The notes beneath the pieces are model-generated. The model was not told where the DNA came from. It saw nothing but the letters and a program-made list of their open reading frames with translations, and made no database searches. From the NCBI GenBank assembly GCA_048882385.1, contig JBHLRQ010000079.1:1-14959 (forward strand): a stretch of DNA of 14,959 bases, written 5' to 3'. Shown here in pieces: positions 6,724-14,587 of this stretch; the first letter of the stretch is position 1, and each line of letters opens with the position of its first letter. This DNA comes from Candidatus Thorarchaeota archaeon (GTDB lineage Archaea; Asgardarchaeota; Thorarchaeia; Thorarchaeales; Thorarchaeaceae). The translations under genes and the position numbers were made by a program.

Positions 6724-9216
6724 ATGACGCGGTATAAGCACGTCTTAGTTCTAGTTATTTTGATCCTCCCGATTTTCGCTCTTGTCCCAACTATTGGGAC
6801 TGGTTCGAATCAGATTCTCACAAATAGAGCACCTGTAGACACTAGTCTACATGCTCAGTTTGCTGAAGAAACTGTAAAAGTGGCTGTGTATGCAGAGGAT
6901 AATACAACCCTGCCATCATATGCCTCGGGAGGTGTGTCCACAGCGTATCATGCAAACTTGATTCAGCTTTTAGAAGCAAATGGATACGCTGCAACACCAC
7001 TTTCCACTGAAGATATTCTCGATCATAAATTGATGGCTGCATATTTTGATGTCTTTATCCTCCCAAATAATCTCCCAAAGGATGAGATTGTGAATCATGT
7101 CATTGATTACTGGTTGTCAGGTGGAGGAATCCTTAGTTTCGACAGCGGATTAGGATATCTTTACTATCATGGATTAATCGTACCTGGCGAAATTGGGTTA
7201 TATGGACTTCTTGGTGTAGATATTACAGAACATTGGGGATTTGACTATGTGAATAATGTCACTGTTGGAGCCCGACATTCGTCAGCCAAGAATTATCAGG
7301 TGGATGACACAATCCTAATTCTTGAAAACACTACTATTCATGATCGTTTCCATTTTTCATCTGCCAATCCTGAAGATTTTGTACCTTTGCTTATTGAAAC
7401 AGGGGTATCAGACACAACTGTTGGATTCACACTTGATAACAGTGCTAGAAAAGGTGGCAGAATAGTTCAACTTCCAGGAAATTGTAGTTATTTTCCATCT
7501 TGGGAAACATCAATTATCTTTGATTCGATTGACTGGCTTACGCCTCGTCCGAAAGGAAGGATAGCAATTGATCTTTCTCATCATCCATACTATGGAGTAG
7601 ACGCGTGGGATGAAAATGTCAATAATGGTGATCGATACTACATAATGAGGGACTTACTAGTCAATCATTCATTCACATTTGACAAGCTATACTTGGAACC
7701 TCTTACCTCCAGTATATTGAATCAATTTGATGTTCTCATGATAGACGCACCCAGCGTAAATTACTCTGCTACTGAGATGGCGCTTCTCAGATCATGGGTA
7801 GAAGATGGAGGTGGACTATTCTATCTCTCAGACTTCAACTCTATAAACACTGAGGGACAAGCCAGCTTCAATGAGATAATGGCACCTTGGGGCGTAGGTA
7901 TCTCAAGCGGCTTCACTGATATTCCATTCACATACACAATGCCTGATTATGGCCAGCATCCAGTACTCGAAGGAGTAGGTGCTGTTCAAATGTCAGGCGG
8001 AGAATGGGTAAATATCTCTGGTAGTGCATTTCCTATTGTCTTAGATGGACCCAACATTGGGATTGCTGGAGTTGAGGCAGGACAAGGTAGAGTCATTATT
8101 TCCGGAGACATCAACTGGCCAGATTATAGCCATATTGGTATAGATGACAACGCAGTTTTTGTAATCAATCTCATGAATTGGCTTTCTGCTGCAACAGCGA
8201 AGGTTTTGGTCTATGCGGATTACTGGACTACGGCGCATCCAAATTGGATACCCCTAAATAGTCCAATAGCCCAGGCACTCAATGATCTGGATATTGATTA
8301 CTACATTACATCAGACATCTATTACTTCAATATGAGCTTCTTCAGTCAAAACTGGGACATGGTTGTATTTGACAACGAGCAATGGAGCACTTCCTCATAC
8401 CAGACACATCTCATGGACTTTGCGGCTGGAGGTGGAAAGTTAGTCTTTAGTACTTGGGGTCTGAACTCTGTAGTAGGAGACTACTTTGGAGTTGGACTAT
8501 CTTCTACCATTGGAAGTTTACCCATAATCCTTCTTTCAGCTCCTACTCATCCAATATACAATCTGCCTGCTGACTATGCAGCAGACAATCTAACAACAAC
8601 GTTGGATGTAGGATTTGGTACTAATGCACTCAACCTCACTGTTCATGCCAATGCAACTGCATTGGCGGGATACTCAGGCTATACTGGTGGAGCAATCACT
8701 ATCAATTCAGGCGGAAATGTCATCGTCAATGGACCGATGCTCACATTGTACAACGATGACACAGATGACTCAACATACCCAGATAACATTGAGATATGGG
8801 AGAATGAGATAGCATTCCTGTACTTTGATAGACCAACTATTAATCACCCAGCTGATGTCACCTACATGGAAACAGAAACTGGAAACGAGATTACATGGAC
8901 TCCAACAGCAGATGCTGGATCTTGGTGGTATGTATTCAGTGTTAATGGCACTCCTGTTGAAGAAGGTAGGTGGGTTGGAGGAGCACTTGCATTCAATGTT
9001 GATGGAGTCAACGAATCAATCACAGAGTATGAACTTGATGTCTTTGATAGACTTGGATATAGTGTGTCAGACTTAGTGATGCTCAATGTGACAGAATACA
9101 TCGCTCCGCCAGGACCAGGTGGATTCGACCTGATGCTATTACTTCTAATTGGAGGAGCAGTGGCCGGAATCGTTGTGATACTTGTCGTTGTGATGCAACT
9201 CAAGAAGAAGAAATAA
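6724..9216 (+). CDS. Membrane-anchored surface glycoprotein: signal peptide, three class-I-GATase-like (DUF4350/GIFT-like) domains, Ig-like domain, C-terminal TM + KKKK
   Basis: Basic-hydrophobic N-terminus; three repeats of 'F/WDV/M...GG.l'; about 14 N-x-S/T sequons counted by eye; Ig-like repeat PTINHPADVTY..GNEITW; hydrophobic helix followed by LKKKK. Confidence 0.85.
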   Translation: MTRYKHVLVLVILILPIFALVPTIGTGSNQILTNRAPVDTSLHAQFAEETVKVAVYAEDNTTLPSYASGGVSTAYHANLIQLLEANGYAATPLSTEDILDHKLMAAYFDVFILPNNLPKDEIVNHVIDYWLSGGGILSFDSGLGYLYYHGLIVPGEIGLYGLLGVDITEHWGFDYVNNVTVGARHSSAKNYQVDDTILILENTTIHDRFHFSSANPEDFVPLLIETGVSDTTVGFTLDNSARKGGRIVQLPGNCSYFPSWETSIIFDSIDWLTPRPKGRIAIDLSHHPYYGVDAWDENVNNGDRYYIMRDLLVNHSFTFDKLYLEPLTSSILNQFDVLMIDAPSVNYSATEMALLRSWVEDGGGLFYLSDFNSINTEGQASFNEIMAPWGVGISSGFTDIPFTYTMPDYGQHPVLEGVGAVQMSGGEWVNISGSAFPIVLDGPNIGIAGVEAGQGRVIISGDINWPDYSHIGIDDNAVFVINLMNWLSAATAKVLVYADYWTTAHPNWIPLNSPIAQALNDLDIDYYITSDIYYFNMSFFSQNWDMVVFDNEQWSTSSYQTHLMDFAAGGGKLVFSTWGLNSVVGDYFGVGLSSTIGSLPIILLSAPTHPIYNLPADYAADNLTTTLDVGFGTNALNLTVHANATALAGYSGYTGGAITINSGGNVIVNGPMLTLYNDDTDDSTYPDNIEIWENEIAFLYFDRPTINHPADVTYMETETGNEITWTPTADAGSWWYVFSVNGTPVEEGRWVGGALAFNVDGVNESITEYELDVFDRLGYSVSDLVMLNVTEYIAPPGPGGFDLMLLLLIGGAVAGIVVILVVVMQLKKKK

Positions 9217-9224
9217 CACAAACC

Positions 9225-9267
9225 ATGGGAAGCTGCTATTAGCAGCATCCCATTTTTCTCTTTTTTT
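9225..9267 (+). terminator. Hairpin plus T-tract terminator after the surface-protein gene
   Basis: ATGGGA-a-GCTGCT-att-AGCAGC-a-TCCCAT (12 bp, one A:A mismatch) immediately followed by TTTTCTCTTTTTTT, 8 nt after the stop. Confidence 0.75.
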
Positions 9268-9300
9268 CAAAACAATACAACAACAAAAAAGGCAAATAGA

Positions 9301-9331
9301 CCTCCATGACTCAGTGTGATGAGTCCGGAGG
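9301..9331 (+). promoter_or_regulatory. Inverted repeat containing the SD of the downstream gene (RNA hairpin or DNA operator)
   Basis: CCTCC-at-GACTCA-gtgtga-TGAGTC-c-GGAGG; GGAGG (9327-9331) pairs with CCTCC (9301-9305). Confidence 0.5.
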
Positions 9332-9340
9332 CTGCATGTC

Positions 9341-10249
9341 CTGAGTAAGAAGCAACGCGTTTCCAAGTCAAAGCGGTTTGCCTATGTTCACAAGATTGCT
9401 GAACTAAGTAGACGTGGAGACATTGATGCTGTTGCTGAGTTAATGAAAGGCTACTTTTCCGATAGGAAAACACATCCATGGGACAGGCTGTTTAAGGACA
9501 TTCAAACCTACTGGAAAAAGGACTATCCAAATAAGACACCAACAGAAACCCTCATTCTTCTCCGAGATGCTATTTTTGGAGCATTAGACATATTGTCTTT
9601 GAGTATTGCACTACCAAATCCTGCATCTGAATTCCTTGCCATATTTACAAAGGAAGATTCATGGAAAGAAGGTCGTAGGAAGGTAAGAAACAAGTGCATC
9701 GAGTTAGTTGAAAATCTGATCAAAAAGAAGAAGACAAGACATCTGGTACCCTCTGCATTGAAACGTGATGGATTTGGATTTCTTATTGATGAAATTGAAG
9801 AAGTAGAATTTGAACTGCTCAAGAAAGCCAGACCCGAACTAAAGAGAGATCCAAAGAGCAAGAAGAAGGCTAAGATACTAGACTTAGAACCACTGGAAAA
9901 ATGTCGGCTAGGTAGCAAGTTTTTGAGAGAACAAATGATTATGGAAACGAAGATTGATGGGAAGGACTCAAGGGTCCCATTAATTCTCGAAGCATATGAT
10001 CACTTCCTAGTAGAATATGAGATTGACAGAAGTTCAACTATTCCAGAGCCAATTCAGACTGAGCAGATCACATTGAATGGAACTCCACTACCAAACGATT
10101 TCGATGAAAAATCAACTCCTACCAAACGTAGCAGAGATGAAGCTGTGCAGTCACCACTTACTGATTTCATAGTTGAAAAGGAAAGCAAATCACCAAAGAG
10201 AAAGAAGAAGACTTCGCCACGCAAGAAAAGGAGGTCCAAGAAGAAATGA
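9341..10249 (+). CDS. Hypothetical helical protein with a highly basic SPKK-like C-terminal tail; probable CTG start (302 aa)
   Basis: The frame is open from 9323; CTG 9341 lies 9 nt after GGAGG and gives (M)SKKQRVSKSKRFAYVHKIAELSRRGDIDAVAELMKGYF. The tail is KSPKRKKKTSPRKKRRSKKK. The ORF track starts at ATG 9443, which has no comparable SD. Confidence 0.75.
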   Translation: MSKKQRVSKSKRFAYVHKIAELSRRGDIDAVAELMKGYFSDRKTHPWDRLFKDIQTYWKKDYPNKTPTETLILLRDAIFGALDILSLSIALPNPASEFLAIFTKEDSWKEGRRKVRNKCIELVENLIKKKKTRHLVPSALKRDGFGFLIDEIEEVEFELLKKARPELKRDPKSKKKAKILDLEPLEKCRLGSKFLREQMIMETKIDGKDSRVPLILEAYDHFLVEYEIDRSSTIPEPIQTEQITLNGTPLPNDFDEKSTPTKRSRDEAVQSPLTDFIVEKESKSPKRKKKTSPRKKRRSKKK

Positions 10250-11751
10250 GTAAGAAACGACCTCTAAATCTTGAGGCACTTGAAAAGAAAACGTTGAAGG
10301 AGTTGTCAAAGATTGCCTATGATATCGATTCTCCAGACCTTGGAAAGATGTATGATGCAGTTGGTCGACTAGCCTCTCATAAAACAAGCCGATCACTTCT
10401 TCCAAAAGCAATGGAACTTCTTGAGAGTTCAGATCAAAATATCAAGCAAGCTGCTTTCACTGTGGCAGGAAAATTCACATTTGGAGAATATACTTCCGAT
10501 GTTTTCAGAGCACTGAAATCACTTAATCCAGTCGAGAGAGAGCAAGTATTACAAGGTATTCATGAGAAGTTCAATCAGACTGGAGGACCAGAATCAAAAA
10601 GTGAACTGAAAAGATGGATTACAGCCCTTGAAGGATTGGGTAAAGAGCATCAGCCAGCTGTGTTTGGTCTCATGAAGTTTCTTGGAGATCCTGGAAAGAA
10701 ATGGATTACAAAACAAATCAAGGAGAACTTCAAGAATATCTCTCTGGGAGCTGTTCCTGCGCTCAGTGAATTTCCGGATAGGACAAAGAAGAATCTCATC
10801 AAGCTCTTGAGTGAAAAAGCTTCGAAAAGCAGGAGAGACATGCTACCATACATTTGTGGTATAGTTGATCAGACTACATATTCTAATCTCTCAATCTTTC
10901 TAAAAGGTAGTAAATGGCAAGAGAGAGTTGAGATTGCAGCAGCTGTTGCAGCTTCAGGAATCTCATCCACATCTGGATTTGTAATGGAACTTGTGGGGGA
11001 TTCAAAGTGGCAGGTGAAGCAGGCACTATTGGAGAAATTGAATGTTCGTAATTCCAAATTTTCTTCCCTTTCAAAGATACTGAGTTTTCTCGTCAAGGAA
11101 TCGCATGATAGAGTTAGGGCAAGAGCTGAAAGAACACTTCTCATTTTGGGTTCTGAAAAGTGCAAAGACACTAAAATTGCTGAACAAAGATCTAAACTAG
11201 AAAAGCAATATCGCACGCAGCTACTCAAGGCTGCAGAGGCTAACAAGGACTTGGATGCAGGTTGGTTGGGCGTTGACATGAAAGAGATTGACCCGATGCA
11301 CGAAATAATGAAGAGGGTCACTGAAGAAGATGAAGATTCAGAAATTCAGCCTGAGGAAGAACCTGTTGGATTCACTCTAGCAGATATCGCGTCCAAGAAG
11401 CAAGGTGATGAATCAACTGCTATAGATGAAGAGGATAAATCAATTCTAATGGCTGCATTGCTTGGAGCGCAGAAACAATCTTTGGCTGAGCCAGAAGAAG
11501 CTCCGGAAATTGATGCCAATGAGCTGCCACTTGATCCAACAATTCCACCAAGTAGTAAATTCTTACTTCTTCTTCAGAGGTTGTCAGAAAGAGTTGGGAA
11601 AGATGTTCCTCTCAATGACCTCCTAACTAAAGCTGAAGAAGCTGGTATGACTGAAGAAGATTTTGATAATGCTGTTGTAGAGCTGGAGAAGCAAGGTATA
11701 ATTTACAGGTCCAGAAAAGGGACAGTAAGTTATGTGGATATTGAACTTTGA
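10246..11751 (+). CDS. HEAT-repeat protein with acidic linker and C-terminal winged-helix domain
   Basis: HEAT-like units (SSDQNIKQAA, SKWQERVEIA, DSKWQVKQAL, ESHDRVRARA); D/E-rich segment about 11320-11550; C-terminal VPLNDLL..AEEAGMTEEDFDNAVVELEKQGIIYRSRKG wHTH pattern; ATGA overlap with the upstream gene. Confidence 0.8.
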   Translation: MSKKRPLNLEALEKKTLKELSKIAYDIDSPDLGKMYDAVGRLASHKTSRSLLPKAMELLESSDQNIKQAAFTVAGKFTFGEYTSDVFRALKSLNPVEREQVLQGIHEKFNQTGGPESKSELKRWITALEGLGKEHQPAVFGLMKFLGDPGKKWITKQIKENFKNISLGAVPALSEFPDRTKKNLIKLLSEKASKSRRDMLPYICGIVDQTTYSNLSIFLKGSKWQERVEIAAAVAASGISSTSGFVMELVGDSKWQVKQALLEKLNVRNSKFSSLSKILSFLVKESHDRVRARAERTLLILGSEKCKDTKIAEQRSKLEKQYRTQLLKAAEANKDLDAGWLGVDMKEIDPMHEIMKRVTEEDEDSEIQPEEEPVGFTLADIASKKQGDESTAIDEEDKSILMAALLGAQKQSLAEPEEAPEIDANELPLDPTIPPSSKFLLLLQRLSERVGKDVPLNDLLTKAEEAGMTEEDFDNAVVELEKQGIIYRSRKGTVSYVDIEL

Positions 11752-11814
11752 GTAATTCTATCCAAACACTAATCTTGTAAGCTGATGTTACATGAGCAGT
11801 GGCAGGTCTGAGAT

Positions 11815-13140
11815 ATGAGTGATGAACTTCTAATCAAAAACGGATTGATTGTAACTGGTGACAAAAGAGGTAACATCATTTCAAACGGTTACATCATCAT
11901 AAATGAGGGTAGAATATCAGAAATTTCGGAAGGAGCCCCATCCTACACAGCTGATACAGTTATAGATGCGGAGGGTGGTGTGATCATTCCAGGTCTCATT
12001 ACTGCTCATACTCATCTCTATGGAATTCTTCTTCGTGGAGCGAGTCTCAATATCAAGCCGCCAACAGACTTTGCTCAAGTTTTACAGAGAGTGTGGTGGC
12101 CTGTAGATGAGGCGTTGACAGTTGAAGATGCATATGCAAGTGCGTTATCAGCTGGCGCTGACATGCTAAGAAATGGCTCTACTTTGTTTGCTGACACATA
12201 TTCTGGACCTAATTCAATTGAAGGAAGTCTCCAAGCAATAGCTAAGGCAACAAAAGAGGTAGGTATTCGTGGAATTCTTGCCTTTGAAATGACAGAGAGA
12301 AATAATCCTGAGGAGGCAAACAGAGGTCTAAAAGAAGGTATCGAGTTTATCAACTCATGCAAAAAAGACGAACTTGTTTCAGGTATGGTAAGTATTCATG
12401 CGTCTTTCACAGTTAGCGATGATATAGTTTCTAGAGCAGTTGAACAAGCCAAGGAACTTGATGTTCCGATTACTGTACATACTTCTGAAGGTCTTGTTGA
12501 TCTCTATCACAACTTGGAAACCTCCGGTGAACGAACTGTGGAACGTCTGGATAGATTAGGACTCCTAGGTCCAAAAACAGTTCTTGGACATTGTGTTCAT
12601 GTGGACAAACATGAGATTGATCTGATAGCAAAAAGTAGAACCTCAGTTGCTCATAATCCAATGAGCAACATGTTGAATGCAGTGGGAGTTGCTCCAGTAC
12701 CAGCAATGCTTGAGAAAGGTGTCACTGTGGGTCTTGGGAATGATGGGTGGATCTATGATCCATTCGAGAACATGAGATGTGCCCTAACTGTGCATAGATT
12801 AGCAAGCGGGAATCCAAGTGCCATAGGTCCTGAGGAGATATTTAGAATGGCAACTATAGAAGGTGCTCGTGCTTATGATATGGATAGAAACCTTGGAAGT
12901 CTGGAGAAAAGAAAGCAGGCAGATATTGTGATACTTGACACTTCGAGAGTTCCAACGCCTCTTATTCCTGAATCAGTGGTTGGTCATTTGATTAACACAT
13001 TCAGCGGCCGTGATGTGAGAGATGTTGTAGTCAAAGGAAAAGTTGTAGTGAAGGACAGGTTGTTGACACAGGTTTCAGATAGTCATGTTGCGGAAATTTC
13101 ACGAAAATCTGCTGAAGGATTATGGTCGAGATTATCCTGA
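11815..13140 (+). CDS. Metal-dependent amidohydrolase/deaminase, SsnA/MtaD-like
   Basis: IIPGLITAHTHLY, DF.QVLQRVWW.VD.AL, HASFT, HTSEG, HCV, HNP.SN, LGNDG, MATIEGA, GSLE..K.ADIV. The WW..D.AL and HASFT segments are most SsnA-like. Substrate unknown. Confidence 0.9.
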   Translation: MSDELLIKNGLIVTGDKRGNIISNGYIIINEGRISEISEGAPSYTADTVIDAEGGVIIPGLITAHTHLYGILLRGASLNIKPPTDFAQVLQRVWWPVDEALTVEDAYASALSAGADMLRNGSTLFADTYSGPNSIEGSLQAIAKATKEVGIRGILAFEMTERNNPEEANRGLKEGIEFINSCKKDELVSGMVSIHASFTVSDDIVSRAVEQAKELDVPITVHTSEGLVDLYHNLETSGERTVERLDRLGLLGPKTVLGHCVHVDKHEIDLIAKSRTSVAHNPMSNMLNAVGVAPVPAMLEKGVTVGLGNDGWIYDPFENMRCALTVHRLASGNPSAIGPEEIFRMATIEGARAYDMDRNLGSLEKRKQADIVILDTSRVPTPLIPESVVGHLINTFSGRDVRDVVVKGKVVVKDRLLTQVSDSHVAEISRKSAEGLWSRLS

Positions 13141-13197
13141 TAGCCAAATGAACAGAGTTTTCAATATGAAAATCAGTGCCGCATATAGGTGTAGATA

Positions 13198-14145
13198 CTG
13201 TATCCTGAACTAACCTATAAAGGCGAAATCTTTGATTCTCACACTCACGTTGTTGATACTGAAGCATTGAATACACTAGTTCAAGTCGGGACGGAATTCG
13301 GTGTTCAGAAATCTTTGCTTATCTGTCACAGCCTTGGTGCCAAAAGATATGCTGATAGGAAGTTTCCAAAGCGATTCATATACGCCAAGTATTTTTCAGG
13401 TTCAATGCGTTTTACTTTAGGAGTTGAACATTTAATCAAGGAAATAGAAACTTTGGAAGCTGAGGGCTATCATTTGGCAAAGATGCAATCTGCGCCTGTG
13501 ATGAGAGGAAGAGCATCAGCATCTATCGATTACCTCAGAATGGATGATGACGATATGGCTCGATTCTTCGACGCAATGAAGGATAGAGGAATCCCATTCA
13601 TATTACACCTCTCTGATCCCGATACATACTATGCTACAAGATATACAGATAGAAAGTACTACACTTCCAAAGAAAGAGATCTCAAAGAACTTGAAGGTGT
13701 GCTCCAAAGGCACAGTAGTATGAAACTTCAGCTGGCCCATTTTGCGGCACAACCAGAAATACATCGACTTGACAACCTTGCTCGTTGGTTTGATACCTAT
13801 CCGAATTTGAATATCGATACGAGTTCTGCACGATGGCTATCAAGAGAGTTGAGCAAAGATCCAAAGAAAGCAAGAGACTTCTTCATGAAATACCAAGATC
13901 GTATCCTATTTGGAACAGACTGTGTATCATGGGGTCCTGATCGAGAATATTACAAAGGAAGGTATCTCGCTCTGAGACTTCTATTTGAAACTGAAGGAGT
14001 AAATATGCCTTTACCATTTACCGATTCGGATACAGTAAATTCTGGAGGGACTTTCATTAACGGTTTGAACTTGCCTGATACGGTGCTTCAGAAAATCTAT
14101 TGGGACAATGTTCACAAGTTCTATTCTGCATTTCTAATTCAGTAG
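13198..14145 (+). CDS. Amidohydrolase_2 family TIM-barrel metallohydrolase; non-canonical start (CTG 13198, or ATA 13195)
   Basis: Extending the frame upstream of TTG 13267 gives YKGEIFDSHTH (metal-binding HxH); also ILHLSDP, LAHFA, IDTS, ILFGTD, KIYWDN. In-frame TAG at 13192; SD AGGTG at 13187-13191. Confidence 0.88.
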   Translation: MYPELTYKGEIFDSHTHVVDTEALNTLVQVGTEFGVQKSLLICHSLGAKRYADRKFPKRFIYAKYFSGSMRFTLGVEHLIKEIETLEAEGYHLAKMQSAPVMRGRASASIDYLRMDDDDMARFFDAMKDRGIPFILHLSDPDTYYATRYTDRKYYTSKERDLKELEGVLQRHSSMKLQLAHFAAQPEIHRLDNLARWFDTYPNLNIDTSSARWLSRELSKDPKKARDFFMKYQDRILFGTDCVSWGPDREYYKGRYLALRLLFETEGVNMPLPFTDSDTVNSGGTFINGLNLPDTVLQKIYWDNVHKFYSAFLIQ

Positions 14146-14198
14146 TTATTATAAGCGGATGATAGGTATGACAGTGCCAGTGTAGTGGAGGGATTCAA

Positions 14199-14587
14199 TT
14201 GAATCGAAGTGCATTGGCCACAATTATAGTCAGTTTGATTGTGCTGCTAAGTTTACAGAATACAAATTCTTTTCCAGTCGACAGTTTCATAGTATCTTCG
14301 CTGGATGATACAATTCCGCTAGTGGATTCACCATATCTGTTGGAGAATATAATTTCACTCTAGTTGTGTTTGATGATGCTGATCAAACTACCTCTGACAC
14401 AGTTTTAGTGACAGTAAATCCAGCGGTTATACCTATTACAACGACAACAACAACCACAACAACTACAACTACGAACACAACTGATGATTCAGGACTTCTT
14501 CGATATATTACCATAGGTGTCAGTATTGGACCTGTTGCTGTCATTCTCTTGGTAGCTGTGCTGTCATTCAAATCTCGAAGAACTTAG
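14199..14587 (+). pseudogene. Frameshifted, internally deleted surface-protein gene (signal peptide / partial Ig-like repeat / poly-Thr / TM)
   Basis: SD GGAGGG (14187-14192) then TTG 14199 gives MNRSALATIIVSLIVLLSLQ...DDTIPLVDSP (stop 14361-14363). The -1 frame from about 14333 gives SVGEYNFTLVVFDDADQTTSDTVLVTV, poly-Thr, TM, KSRRT. These match the start and end of one Ig-like repeat with the middle missing. Confidence 0.7.
14438..14482 (+). repeat. Degenerate (ACN)n repeat encoding a poly-Thr linker
   Basis: aca acg aca aca aca acc aca aca act aca act acg aac aca act; a membrane-proximal Thr-rich spacer typical of archaeal surface proteins. Confidence 0.85.

Noticed and set aside
9306-9407. 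Short ORF MTQCDESGGCMS-TGA-VRSN... giving a CxxU selenopeptide
   Set aside because: Only about 33 codons, no redoxin fold, no SD, no SECIS-like element seen, and it overlaps the better supported frame.
9316-9439. Possible C/D-box sRNA (GTGATGA at 9316, CTGA at 9341, 9399 and 9436)
   Set aside because: There is no recognisable C' box, spacers do not fit the about 12-nt archaeal guides, and the region is better explained as SD plus N-terminal coding extension.
13148-13213. Small ORF MNRVFNMKISAAYRCRYCILN (CxxC), or GTG-TAG pyrrolysine read-through at 13189, as the amidohydrolase start
   Set aside because: No slippery site links this frame to the enzyme, GTG 13189 lies inside the SD itself, and a CTG start at normal SD spacing is simpler.
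11797-14178. CAGTG(C/G)C motif shortly upstream of three genes (11797, 13174, 14172)
   Set aside because: Short, non-palindromic and variably spaced; cannot be distinguished from chance without a genome-wide test.
171-14571. The remaining short ORFs in the six-frame track (e.g. 9523-9918, 10869-11321, 8862-9248, 4740-5066, 14383-14571)
   Set aside because: They are antisense or off-frame shadows of well-supported genes, with no motifs and the Ser/Phe/Leu-rich composition typical of reverse-strand artefacts.
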